Positions 1 to 10,645 of a stretch of DNA of 26,718 nucleotides are shown in pieces. The position numbers and the translations under genes were made by a program. Source of the DNA: Zygnema circumcarinatum SAG 698-1b (lineage: Eukaryota; Plantae; Zygnematophyceae); contig JBBHKD010000018.1 in assembly GCA_037447605.1 (NCBI GenBank), forward strand, positions 1-26,718, given 5' to 3'. The notes under the pieces are model-generated. The model made no database searches, had not been told where the DNA came from, and was given only the letters and a program-made list of their open reading frames with translations. Each line of letters opens with the position of its first letter. The stretch's first letter is position 1.

Positions 1-67
1 GACGAGGATCCGACGGGCGCGATGAGGATCGATAGATTTCTGGGCCGCCAAACATGTTGTGAGCTTC

Positions 68-501
68 TGTTAGCGTAGTGTCATGATGTTGTGACATAGT
101 ATAGTGTGTGTGTTGTTTTGTTTGGTTGTTAATCTTTAACTCTGATTATCAACGAGCTATTAGTAGACTCTGAGAAGTTGATGCTCGTATGGTGAACATT
201 ACACTTGCTTGTGCTGCTAGGTATTGGGCTTTTGAGTTTATTTGTCTATTTGATAGGGGGTCTCTAATTTTGTGTTGATAAGATTATTATTAAGGAGTTT
301 TAGAGCCGAGCTTTTCTCCTATCCTTTTCTCTGTTATTCCTCGCTTGTGCATATTCTGAGAGGTCTTTACTCAGAGTAAAATGGGCTAAGTGAGGAATGT
401 GAGAGCTTGGGAAATGTCATCATCGATTGAACGCTTAACTCCGATGTAAGGTGATGCGAAAGGGAGAAGCGGGCAGCAGTGGAGGAGTCCCTCCACCAAC
501 A
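68..501 (+). repeat. 5' LTR of outer copia element (short ~434-bp variant; start could be 55)
   Basis: Begins TGTTAGCGTAGTGTCATGATG, similar to TGTTAGTGTTAGTGTATGATAG at other LTR starts. Shares the block AAGGAGTTTTAGAGCCG..AGCTTT.CTCCT with the other LTRs. Ends in CA two bases before the PBS. Confidence 0.6.
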
Positions 502-739
502 ATTGGTATCAGAGCTCATGGTGACGCGGAGGACCACGTCAAGTTCAGTATACCGGCGTTTGATGGGCAGGATTACAAGGCATGGAGATGGAGGTTGGTG
601 CCTTTGCTTGTGGGCAAAGGGTTGCTTGGGTACGTTGATGGCAGCATCAAGGCGCCGGAGTTACCGGTTGGAGCCTCAGCGGAGCAGCAGTCGGAGCACG
701 ACGTGGCGCTCGCACGATGGAAGGCCAAGGACAACAAAG
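454..739 (+). pseudogene. gag: Copia gag, N-terminal part (truncated by gypsy insertion)
   Basis: ORF MRKGEAGSSGG...IGIRAHGDAEDHVKFSIPAFDGQDYKAWRWRLVPLLVGKGLLGYVDGSIKAP, a typical copia gag N-terminus. Nearly identical to the copy at 22849-23108 (-). Confidence 0.9.
504..515 (+). promoter_or_regulatory. Primer binding site, initiator-Met tRNA type
   Basis: TGGTATCAGAGC, the canonical plant retrotransposon PBS complementary to the tRNA-iMet 3' end, 2 nt after the LTR. Confidence 0.95.
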
Positions 740-999
740 TGTAACAACCTGCCCCCTGGCAGGCTGCTCTGAGAGTCTAAGTGTCAAGAGAGGAAGAGAG
801 AGAGAGAGAGAGGAGCGTGAGCTCAATGCTGGTACAAAGAGCTCGGATGGTCTCCCATCCGGGCGCAGCCCCCCCTTAAGCTCCCCCCGTTGAACCCCCT
901 ACCAGCATGGAGGACCGGGAGCGGGACTGCCCAATCAGAGCCCGCCGCGTGGCGGAGATCCTTAGCAGAGTTATCGGCTAAGGACAAGCCCGTGGTCTC
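740..999 (-). repeat. Visible U5-side part of the gypsy 3' LTR
   Basis: Ends ...GGCAGGTTGTTACA on the minus strand at 740, next to the TSD. Contains a CT-rich tract (~787-812). The remainder is in the gap at 1000-1009. Confidence 0.8.
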
Positions 1000-1009
1000 N
1001 NNNNNNNNN

Positions 1010-2078
1010 GGTCAATGCAACACGACGACGATCAGCATAGGCTTTCTGCCGCGACTGGGCTGCTAACAGGGTCTGCCTGGCCCACTGTAACGCCTCGGAC
1101 ATTTTCCGAGTGAAAGCACTAACGGCGGGAGGTTGACTCCCGCCAGCTCCTCTCATGCCCCAAGGATCTTGGAGCCTGTGAACATCCATGTTCCACACAT
1201 CTGGCTGCTGATCTCTTGGCTGCAGGGGATTTAGAGGATGCTGACCAAAGTTCAAGAAGAATGGAGTGGTACCGATTGATTCGTGGAATGCATTATTAAT
1301 GGCGTACTCAGCCACCGGGAGCAGTTCATCCCATCCATCCGGGACGGGTCCCACATAATGCCTCAAATAGTCTTCCAGAATCCGGTTAACCCTCTCCGTC
1401 TGCCCATCTGTCTGAGGGTGGAAGGCTGTACTCATAGCCTGCTTAGTCCCGATAATACGGAGGATCTCTTTCCAGAAATGCCCCGTGAATCGGGTATCTC
1501 TATCTGAGATGATCTCAGATTGAAGTCCATGTTGACTNNNNNNNNNNCACTCTCCCACTTCCTGTAAGGAGGTGTGAGCGGTTGTAGCAAGCCCGTCACT
1601 TTCCCTGTGCGGGGCTTATCCCGTTGACAAGTAGGGCATGCGAGTACATACGCCTCCACGTCCGCTGTAATTCCGGGCCACCAGAATTCTCGGAGCAGTG
1701 CTTCACGGGTTTTGGCAACTACCATATGGCCTCTGTACGGAGAATCGTGCATCTCACTCAGTATGAGCTGCCGTACAGATCCAGCCTTGGGTACGACTAA
1801 CTGCTTATCGTGGTACCAAAAACCGTCCTTGAGCACGAGCTTGTCCTTATAGCCATTGCCTTGGCCGTCCAGGAACAAAGGATCACCAGTGTACCCCTCC
1901 TGAATCATCTGTCTGAAATCAGAGAGAGCAGGAGGGTTGACTGCGTCACTGGTGGAGGGGTTTATGACAAAACATACTGGAGATGTAAACGCTGGGTTGG
2001 CCGGCCCTTCGTCTCCACCATCTCGTACCACCAACACTCGAGTCGACGAGCGCATCATCCAGGCTAGATGAATGGGTT
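1010..2078 (-). pseudogene. pol: Gypsy pol: integrase (HHCC zinc finger and catalytic core), gapped
   Basis: MHDSPYRGH...CPTCQRDK (HHCC motif). IISDRDTRFTGHFW...STAFHPQTDGQTERVNRILEDYLRHYV (core). AQSRQKAYADRRR. Confidence 0.95.
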
Positions 2079-2088
2079 NNNNNNNNNN

Positions 2089-2868
2089 CCGTCTGGCACT
2101 CTGGTGTCCATGCATACGCGACACCGGAACGTGTCAAATTGGTAAGAGGTGTTACCAACTTACTAAAGCCTTGGATAAACTTACGAAAATAATTCGCAAA
2201 TCCAAGAAAAGACCGCAACTGATGAAGATCAGCCGGTACAGCCCATGTCTTTACAGCAGACACCTTGGCTGGATCAGGTTTCAGTCCCTGATCGTTCAAG
2301 ATATGCCCANNNNNNNNNNCGGCGTCCGAAATGCCGTCTTAGGAACATCAGCATCCGTGACACGAATCTGATGGTACCCCTGCGCAAGGTCGAGCGAGGT
2401 GAACACCTTCGCCCCTTGCAGACGGTCCAGAAGATCATCTATGCGCGGTAAAGCAAACCTGTTCTTTACCGTGATCTTATTGAGTGCTCGATAATCGATG
2501 CACATTCGCAAAGACCCATCCTTCTTTCCAACGAAAAGGATAGGGGCCCCAAAGGGGCTCTGGCTGGGTTCAATCCAGCCCTTATCACGCAGGTTAGCGA
2601 GTTGCTTTCGCATCTCCTCGGTCTCCTTTGGGCTAAGCCGATAGATAGGCCTCCAAGGAGGTTTCTGTTCTGGCTCAAGGGGAATGGTATGACCCACCCC
2701 GCGTGCCGGAGGCAGACCTCTTGGCAGATCGTCTGGGAAAACATCCTCAAACGCTTTCAACAACGGTTGAAACAAAGCTGGAACAATTGGCATTGCCTCA
2801 CCCGCAGTGGGCTGCCACTCTTGATCCTCGTCATGAGCGTCCTCGGTTGCCGTCATGACTTGCACCAT
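2089..2868 (-). pseudogene. pol: Gypsy pol: reverse transcriptase, gapped
   Basis: [44 protein letters not shown]...[11 protein letters not shown]...KTAFRTP, then GLKPDPAKV...LRSFLGFANYFRKFIQGFSKLVTPLTNLT. Confidence 0.95.
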
Positions 2869-3800
2869 AAACAGATGCTACTTCGTTTTAGTGTGCTCCA
2901 ATTGCATGGCGAGCACGTAAACGACAAAGATGACCGCGACGAGGCTGGTCCCGAAGGAGTGCCTGGTTGCAGAGTCATGCGTCTTCCTTCACTGCGGAGG
3001 ACGCAATTAGGGACAACAAAATCTAACTGAGCGCCCATAAGCGTCAGCCATTTGCTTCCCAAGATCAAGTCTGTTCCTGGGGCTAATAACGTCAACAAGC
3101 AGTTGACCACCCCGGAGTAAGACTGAATCTTCAATTTCACGCTGACGCTACCAGAAATCTGGCCAGTGCGTCCATCCCCGAAAGTTACACTATCGGAATG
3201 AGGCTGGACTGCAAACCCTGCAGTCCTGACAAAGGCTGCGCTAACAAAGTTAGCGTCCGCGCCAGTGTCCAGCAAAACCACTGCTGAGTGTCCATCGGCC
3301 GAACCCTCGAAGGTCATAGCACGATGAGACAAGTGGAAAATGGACCGTAGCACATTCGGTGCGTGGGGGCGAGCTAACCGCCACACAAGGGGATGAGGAG
3401 ACTTCCCCAGCACAGTGGTAGGAGCTCCAATCACCCACCTAAGAAGGGAGAAGCCCTTCTTCCAAAGCTTTACCACTTTCCACTCAGTCTGTGGATAAGC
3501 CTTCACTGCGACGTGTTGTGGGAGCAGTACTCTCAGACTGAGTACATGGTCTTTCGACCGCAGCAAGCGCAAGGCATCGAATGCACATTGCACTAAGGCA
3601 TCACTGCCCATGGCATTCAAGATAATGACATGCCATCCATTCATCAAGACAGCATTCGGAAATGCGGTTGGAGTCACAAGCATGTACAGCGTGCACGAAT
3701 AATCGCTAGGAATGCACGCACACAAAACAACAGATTCCTCACAAAACTCCCCAATCATCACTTTAAGAATAAAGATCCGGCCTCTGGAATACAACAACAT
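2853..3800 (-). CDS. pol: Gypsy pol N-terminus: long pre-protease region plus aspartic protease; frameshifted relative to RT near ~2900
   Basis: 315-aa ORF with [13 protein letters not shown] (protease active site) and [11 protein letters not shown] continues in a different frame. Confidence 0.85.
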   Translation of the reverse strand: MLLYSRGRIFILKVMIGEFCEESVVLCACIPSDYSCTLYMLVTPTAFPNAVLMNGWHVIILNAMGSDALVQCAFDALRLLRSKDHVLSLRVLLPQHVAVKAYPQTEWKVVKLWKKGFSLLRWVIGAPTTVLGKSPHPLVWRLARPHAPNVLRSIFHLSHRAMTFEGSADGHSAVVLLDTGADANFVSAAFVRTAGFAVQPHSDSVTFGDGRTGQISGSVSVKLKIQSYSGVVNCLLTLLAPGTDLILGSKWLTLMGAQLDFVVPNCVLRSEGRRMTLQPGTPSGPASSRSSLSFTCSPCNWSTLKRSSICLWCKS

Positions 3801-3892
3801 TCTATTACCTGCTGATGGCGTTTCACGCGCTGCCCCCTAATCGCCAAGCCTACCGCCAGAGACCCCAGCCGCCGGGGTGGGGGAGTCAAGCC

Positions 3893-4000
3893 TCACGCCT
3901 CTTTCCCCTTCCTATCCTTCTTGAAAGATGGGCAGTCATAAGACCTATGCCCCACTTTCCTGCAACGGAAACACTTGTTTTCCGCGCGCAAAGCCTCCAT
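3893..4000 (-). pseudogene. gag: Gypsy gag C-terminal fragment with CCHC zinc knuckle and stop
   Basis: Translates MEALRAENKCFRCRKVGHRSYDCPSFKKDRKGKEA* (CX2CX4HX4C). In frame with 10197-10305 once the copia insertion and one TSD are removed. Confidence 0.9.
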
Positions 4001-4843
4001 TGTTAGTGTTAGTGTATGATAGTTAGACATTGTATGGCACACACTAACTTGTTGTGGTACTCAGTTTGTAGAACATGAGATCTGCTAGGCGTAGTGCTCT
4101 TAGATTTAGGAATATTAGGTGCTCAGAGCTCGGGTGACTTTCACCAATCAGAGCCACTCATGATGTGAAGATGAGAAGGTTGAGGTATGCGGCGAGGTAA
4201 CCGGCTGGCGAGGCGAGGCTGGGAAGCGGTGGCAGCTGGCCAGCGATCTTTATGCGAGGGCAGTGTGGCGGCAGAAGCGGAGTGGCCTGCCCGAAGTGGA
4301 GTTTACGAAGCTGGCTGACTGGCCCGGTCCGTATTCACGGTCGATGCGCCCCGCCGGGGCTTCCGGTGCATGGAGTTTTGCGATGGCCCGGACGCGACGT
4401 GACATGTGTGTCACGTCCGCGAGGGCCTCCTGTATAGTGCATAGTTTTGTGCATGGGGAGTAACCCCACTTTACACTACTTTGTCGCCAGTCTCGGGTCT
4501 TATTACGTACTTGCTGACAAATGCTGGCTAAGTACTTTCACTTGTGTAGGTGAGGTAGTGAGTGGGGAGGGACCTTGAAGTAGTGGGAGAACTTCATTGT
4601 GGGAAGGCGGTTTGTGCCAGGAGTTTTAGGCCAGTGAGAGAAGCTTTTCTCCTAGCTTACTCTCTCATTGTGATTTCAGTAGCATCTTTGTAGCTTAGAT
4701 TCTGTTGTTATGGGCGATGAGTGAAGTAAGATAGAGCTTTGAGGTGTTTGAATTAATGTTCATCAGGTAGAACTCAAGTTCGATGGAGGGGCGACTTGCA
4801 AAAGGTAGCGCGGAGGTGGGAAAAGCGGAAGCCCGCTTCAGCA
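4001..4843 (+). repeat. 5' LTR of copia-B (partly noisy sequence)
   Basis: First ~110 bp match the LTR starts at 20788 and 18953(-). Followed by AG and the PBS. Confidence 0.9.
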
Positions 4844-4857
4844 AGTGGTATGTGAGC

Positions 4858-7800
4858 TTTAAGGTGGCGAGGAAGACCACGTGAAGTTAAACATCCGGCG
4901 GTGATGGTTGGACTACAAGGGGTGGAAAGGAATGGCATTTACGTTTCCACTTACTTGGCCGAGGCAGGCATTGAAAAAGAATCACGTTAGCCCGGCACCA
5001 TCAGAGCACCGATGCGGCCGGAGGAGCGGCGGGCGGCAGTCTGGAGATTCGACACGGCTGCGCCCGGGCGTGGAGACCAGGGCAACCAGGCCTCACCGGT
5101 CGTCATGGCGTGAGAAGTCCCTCTTCCATGCTGTATGACCTTAAGACTTCACATGTATGTGGAGATGCTTAAGAGAATGATAGCATGATGTAAGGATAGC
5201 GTAACATTAGTGAAGCCTTTACTTAGCTTAGAGGAAAATGAAGATGTCACAGGAAGAAGAGTGAATATATAGTGGGGTGATACTCTAATGGAGATTTATA
5301 GCCAGAAGCTGCAAAACCCGTTAGAGGGAGACCATAAAATCAACCCGATTTAAGGGAATTTTGGCTTGATATGCTTGATTCGCGACTCTTAGAATTTATT
5401 CTACTTGAACCGTGATGACGCCAAGCGAAGTGAAGCGGAGGATCAAGGAAGAGAACAACTTATCCCAGACGCGTTGGAGCACCGGAGAAAGGTATTTGTG
5501 GCCCCGCATCACGGCGGAAGTTGAAGAGATGCTTGGCAGAGCGGGCAAGTGGGGAACGCCTGGCGGGGCGGTGTTGCGATGCGGCGAGGCGGGCCACTTC
5601 GGCCATTGCAGAACAAAGGAAACACCCCAAGATAGGGGTGGAGGGCATGGAAGTCATCCGTCCGAGAGGGATTCAAGGGGAATCTGCCTTTTGAAATGCA
5701 AAATGATCTGGTCTTGGCCGAACATTCGATTTTGTTGGGAGAGATCCGAGGGTTACGGTCCCAGGCGGCCATGGCTGGAATCGACTCACGGCGCTTCAGC
5801 ACATGTGTGGCGTGGCGAATGTTCTACCGGCTGGACACCTTGGAGAGGACCAGATCTGTTCACTCGGCAACCGGAGAGGGAGTGACAGTTACAAAGGGAG
5901 GAGTAGTAAAGATGATCCTCGGAGACGGCTCTGTCATCTACGAAGAAGAAAGAGAAGAGCGGTTGTGCATCGGTGACGTACTTCACACCCCTGATCTGAA
6001 ACAGAACTTCATGTTAGTCAGTCAAGTATGCAAGAGGGGGTACGAAGTCACCTTTTAGGAGAAGTCTTGCGTAGCTACTCACTTGGAGTCGGGGAAGCGG
6101 CTGTTTGAGGGGTATGAGAAGGGAGGCCTGTATTACCTTCATTACAGGAGAGAGAAGATGAGGTGTGATGGGCATGGCGGAGAGTCGCGGTAAATCTTTG
6201 GCATCGTGAACTTGGTCATCTAAACCATGAGGGGCTACAGCGGCTTGTGGCACCCAAAGGGGCTGGTCAGCCCGAGGTTGAAGGCGTTGGCGCGTAGTTG
6301 AGGAAGGAGCTAGGCTTTGCAAAGGAGGTGTGTATTGTAGAAGGAAAGCGCCTGAGGAGACCTTTCGGTGGAGAGAGTCATTCACAGCGCAAAGGCGGGG
6401 GTAGTTCATACCCGATTTGTGTGGACCCGTGACACGGCAGCGAGTGGAGGGAGCTTCAGTACTTCATCACCTTCCTGCGACGATTTTTCGAGGGAAAGGT
6501 TGGGTGAAATTCTCAGAGTACAAATCACGAGCTTTGGACGTTGGTTGGGGAACTTCAGGATGGGCCGAGAGGCGGTGGCCGAAGGCGGTAGGACATGGCA
6601 GTTCAAGTCGGAAGGAGTTAGGCGGGTACTTGAAGGCTGTGAATAAGGCATGTACGCTCCTACTCTCCCCCTCAAAGTAATGGGTACTGAGGAGGGTCCA
6701 ATAGGGCCGGGGGACATGGCACGGACCATCTTTGATAGATTCCCCTTCACATTCCTTTTGGGGAGGCGGTGATGACCGCCAACTTAGCTAGGAAATAGTC
6801 GCCCATCTGCATTAGCCCAAAGATCGAGGTTCTGAAGAGGTGTGGTGGGAGGGAAGCCCGCGATTGTCCCACTGAACTGGAAGCTGGCTGGCGGTGATGC
6901 GGCAGGTCTGCGGCGGCTGAGAAAGAAAGTTCGACCCCAGAGCGTGGAAGGGTGCAGCCTACCGGAGTGACATGGGCGGTCGCACACAAAATTGTGGAAC
7001 CGAGCAAGCGCAGTCACGAGCTGAGAGGCGTTCTGATGTGGGCCGAGAGGGGCGGTGAGCTGGCACTAGAGTGAGGGCCCGCGCCCCAAAGGCAGGTTGA
7101 GGTAATATGCGAGGATGTGGAGACCAGCGAGAAGAAGGCATGGGCGCCTCTCGAGGTCCGGCTTGAGGAGGAGGGAGATGGAAACGCGCCCGGGCGAGGG
7201 GGCGGCGGGCTAGCAGCCGGCGATGGAGGTGGGAGTTGAACCCGAGGGCATGGCGGGAGCGCCAACCTTCGGCGAGAGCGGCACCACTACACACTCACCT
7301 GTCCGACGAGGAGAACTCGGCCGAAACTGTACCTTTGCATGGGCAGGAGTCTGAGGATTTGGAGACGGCTGAGAGAGAGGCTATGTTGTCGAGCATGCCT
7401 CCCGGGTTTGTCCCGGGGATTTTCTTCAACAGGGGCATAAGGACCTCGAGGAGGAGCACGTGTGGTGAGGAGGCTGAATCACCTCACAGGGCCATGGCGG
7501 ACTAACCTAGTCACGGGGAAGAGTGCACTACCCGGACTTCAGTAGGACCTCGCGGGGGCGCGGTGACGCGATCACGCGAGCCTTGAGCCTTTGAGGAAGC
7601 GCCGCGGCGGGGTCGATGGAAGTGGCGAGGAGCAATGGCGGCCGAAGTGGGGCGGTTGCTGGAGAAGCGGCTGCATGGCGACCGAGGCTGCCCAGGGGAA
7701 GGAGGGAGCCATTGGATGCAAGTGGGTGTTCAAGGTGAAAGCGAAGCGGACCCAGTGTCCCTAAATTGCCCGTCTGGCCAGCGGTGAGAAGGGGCTTCAG

Positions 7801-9140
7801 CAGGGGCGTCACGGAGAATAAACTACGGAGACATGGCCCGTGAAATGAAGTTCAGCTTCCCTCCCGTGCCCCTGGCTCGATTGCGGCGGTAGGGGATCTT
7901 GGCGTACATCAACTCGATGTCGGGGCTGCGTTTACGTGCGGAGGATCGTGAGGGGGTCTACATGGTACAGCTTGAAGTTGTCGAGAGGCGGGGGCATCGT
8001 TTGTCGTCTTGTGAAGAGTTTATGCAGGGTGAAGCAGTAGGGATTTGAGTACGAAAATTGATGACACCTCTTGAGGGTAACGGATTTCTTGGCGATTCGA
8101 GGCCAGGATCATTAAAGATGCAAGCCGAGGAAGAAGAGAGGATCATATGCGTTGGGTCCCTGCATTGCGGACGACCGCCTCATAATGAGTGAGCCTCTCG
8201 CATTGAGGAGAGAATGATGATTTGAAGCTTGACTTTTGGGGAGGCTAACTAAAATGTCTCGGTCCCCAGGGGGTAGCGGTATCTCCCAGGAATGCGGTTG
8301 AAGAGGCGGGGCGGTAGCTTATTTTCCTTTTTGTCGGAAAAGTACATGCGCTTGAATATACTTGCCAAGGTTCAAAATGGAGGTCGCGTCCTTGTTAGTC
8401 CGATGGAGATTCGAATACGGTGTCGAGAAGATATGATGCGGCGGATGCGGAGTACGAGAATATGCGAATGCGCGTCTGAGATGTCGGCGATCGGGAGTTT
8501 AATGTATCGATATTAGGTACTCGTCTCGACTTGGCAGCGTGAGCTCGGCGAAGTCGGTTCATGGAAGAATCCGGGTCTGAACATTGGGGCGGGTGGCCCG
8601 GTTACCGGATGCGTGAAAGGGACCTTGGATTACGGCCTCAGGTTTGAGAGGGGGCCGACTAGAGTGATCGGATACACCGACTCAGATTGGGGAGGTGACG
8701 TGGACACGTCACGATCGACGTCAGGATTTGTGTTCCTGAACGGAGGAGGCGCGATCTCATGGAGCTCGAAGTTACAAGATTCGGTGGCGCTGTCGAGCAC
8801 CGAAGGAGAGTACATGGGAGCATGCCACGCAGCGAAGGAGGGGATGTGGTTCCAACATTTCTTTTGATGAATGCATAGCGAGCCACGGCACCGTTACTGC
8901 GGCTTTCTTTTACGGACGACGGTCATCCTTAGCCTCATGGAGAACCACATTGTTTCATAAAGAACGAGCACATTAGGGTGCAATATCATTATGTAGAGTT
9001 GGTAGAGGAAAGGGATGATAGTGAGGTGAAGTTTGTAGGAACAAAGAAGCATTTTGCTTGGGAGCGTGTGTTGACCAAGGGGTGGAGTGGGGAACCTTAC
9101 CTAGTGAGCAATGATTGATTGGGCTGGGCCATGAGAGCTG
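4858..9140 (+). pseudogene. pol: Copia gag-pol (gag, PR, IN, RT, RNase H), heavily frameshifted as assembled
   Basis: Recognisable patches: KMILGDGSVIYEEEREERLCIGDVLHTPDLKQNF (PR region) and KGTLDYGL...VIGYTDSDWGGDVDTSRSTSGFVFL...SWSSKLQDSVALSSTEGEYM (RT/RNase H). Order is PR-IN-RT-RH. Confidence 0.85.
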
Positions 9141-9158
9141 AGTCCCAAGAGGGGGGAT

Positions 9159-10196
9159 TGTTAGTGTTAGTGTATGATGATTTGGAGCATTGTATGGCAC
9201 ACACTAATAACTTGTTGTAATTTTCGGTTGTAGAACATGAGATGCGCTAGGCGTAGTGCTCTTAGATTTAGGAATGTGATTGCTCGGCTCAGGTGAGTCT
9301 CTTGCCATATGGAGGTCGCATGAGTGTCTGAGCTTGGCGGCCGATTGAACCTTGGCCCGACACATGTGAGGAGAGCGAGATGGCGCAACTTTGATAATTG
9401 GCGGCCGCTGGTTAGCAATGCAGTTGTAGCGCAACTTTGATTGAGTAGCGGCCTTGAGCCTTGAGCGCAAAGTTAACGGCAGCGGAAGCGACATAGAATA
9501 TTTGGCCCGAGCCGGAATGCTACGTAGACCCTCGCAATAATAGATCCCTTGAGGATTACAGTGTCCCGGCGAATTATGCGGCGGGCGAAGCTGAAGAAGA
9601 GGCTGGCTTGGCGAAAGCAGCGTCTTTATGCAGAGACGGTGTACGAGCACGACAAGAACTAGGTGGCGGCGCGTAGGTTTTACGAGGCAGCTAGCGGTGT
9701 CGCTGTCCCCGAAGTGCGCCCACTCAGACTCAGTGCATGGAGTTTGCAATGGCGGACGCGACGTGACATCTGTGTCACGTCACGGACGCCATATTATATA
9801 GTGCATAGTTTTATTATGGGAAGTAACCCACCCACACTACTTTGTCATAGTCTCGGGTCTTGTGCATTGTGCCTGCTGCGTCTTTAGGCTGCCTACACTT
9901 GTGTAGGTGGTGTTAGTGGTGAGAGAGGGACAGCAAAAGTAGCGGAGGAACACTTCATTGTGGGAAGGCAGGTTTTTATTATAAGGAGTTTTAGAGCCGT
10001 GAGCTTTCTCCTAACACTCTCTCATTGTGATTTCCGCTGTGCTTGTCTTGTAGCTTCATTCTGTTGTTATGGGCGATGAGTGAAGTAAGATAGAGCTTTG
10101 AGTGTTTGAATGTCTTCATCCGTGGGAACTCAAGTTCCAATGGAGGGCGACACCCAAGGTGGCGCCGGAAGTGGGGAGCAAACCCCTGCTTCAACA
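9159..10196 (+). repeat. 3' LTR of copia-B
   Basis: Directly after the polypurine tract. TG...CA termini. Followed by TSD TCCAT. Confidence 0.92.
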
Positions 10197-10305
10197 TCCA
10201 TCTCCTGTGGAGCAAATTTTTGCGGCTGTGGCCGTTGGTGCTGCTGCTGGTGAGAGGAAGGAAATTTCCTCTTGCCATTCCCCTTAGGTCGGCCGCCTGG
10301 CGCAC
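10197..10305 (-). pseudogene. gag: Gypsy gag middle fragment between the TRIM and copia insertions
   Basis: APGGRPKGNGKRKFPSSHQQQHQRPQPQKFAPQEM. In frame with both neighbouring gag pieces after removing the insertions. Confidence 0.85.
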
Positions 10306-10435
10306 TGTAACGAACCTGCCTGCAGCAGGGTTCGAACTCAGGACCTCCCGGTACCCACACCAGTGCTTTACCATTAAAAGGCAACCGCGGATGTAAGTAC
10401 TCGGCCATACAACCCATGTATAGCGTTTCGCTACA
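10306..10435 (-). repeat. TRIM 3' LTR (130 bp)
   Basis: Preceded on the minus strand by the PPT. 129/130 identical to 10646-10775. Confidence 0.97.
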
Positions 10436-10645
10436 TTCCTCCCCACCCAAACCGGGCTCGTCCTCGAGCGCAGTCAAGGTTTTTCACGAGCAGCGTTCAA
10501 GCTCCTTCAACACATGCCCAAATATACGGCCTCAGACCCTCTGGTCATAGTTGACTGCCTGGACTCAGTCAATCCGTACCATGCTCGGAGATCACGGTGT
10601 TTTTGGGGTGGATTGCAAATACCGGGCCCTTGGCTCTGATACCAA

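Larger units (their letters stand above)
4001..10196 (+). mobile_element. Full-length Ty1/copia element (subfamily B) inserted into gypsy gag
   Basis: Two LTRs starting TGTTAGTGTTAG (4001, 9159) and ending ...TTCA(A/G)CA (4843, 10196). TSD TCCAT at 3996-4000 and 10197-10201. PBS-like TGGTATGTGAGC at 4846-4857. PPT AAGAGGGGGGA at 9147-9157. Confidence 0.95.

Noticed and set aside
518-772. ATG right after the PBS as the copia gag start
   Set aside because: It is out of frame with the conserved gag sequence and absent in subfamily B.
787-812. (GA)n microsatellite as an independent feature
   Set aside because: It is a short CT-rich tract within the gypsy LTR.
2079-2088. Gypsy lacking RNase H (and lacking a chromodomain near 1000)
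   Set aside because: Both positions coincide with N gaps, so absence cannot be claimed.
4001-10196. Old insertion age inferred from the large divergence between the two copia-B LTRs
   Set aside because: The divergence is concentrated in noisy patches while the TSD and termini are intact; it is probably sequencing error.
10316-10388. Functional tRNA genes in the TRIM or gypsy LTRs
   Set aside because: The acceptor, D and T stems pair poorly, so these are at most tRNA-derived promoter cassettes, not annotated as tRNA.
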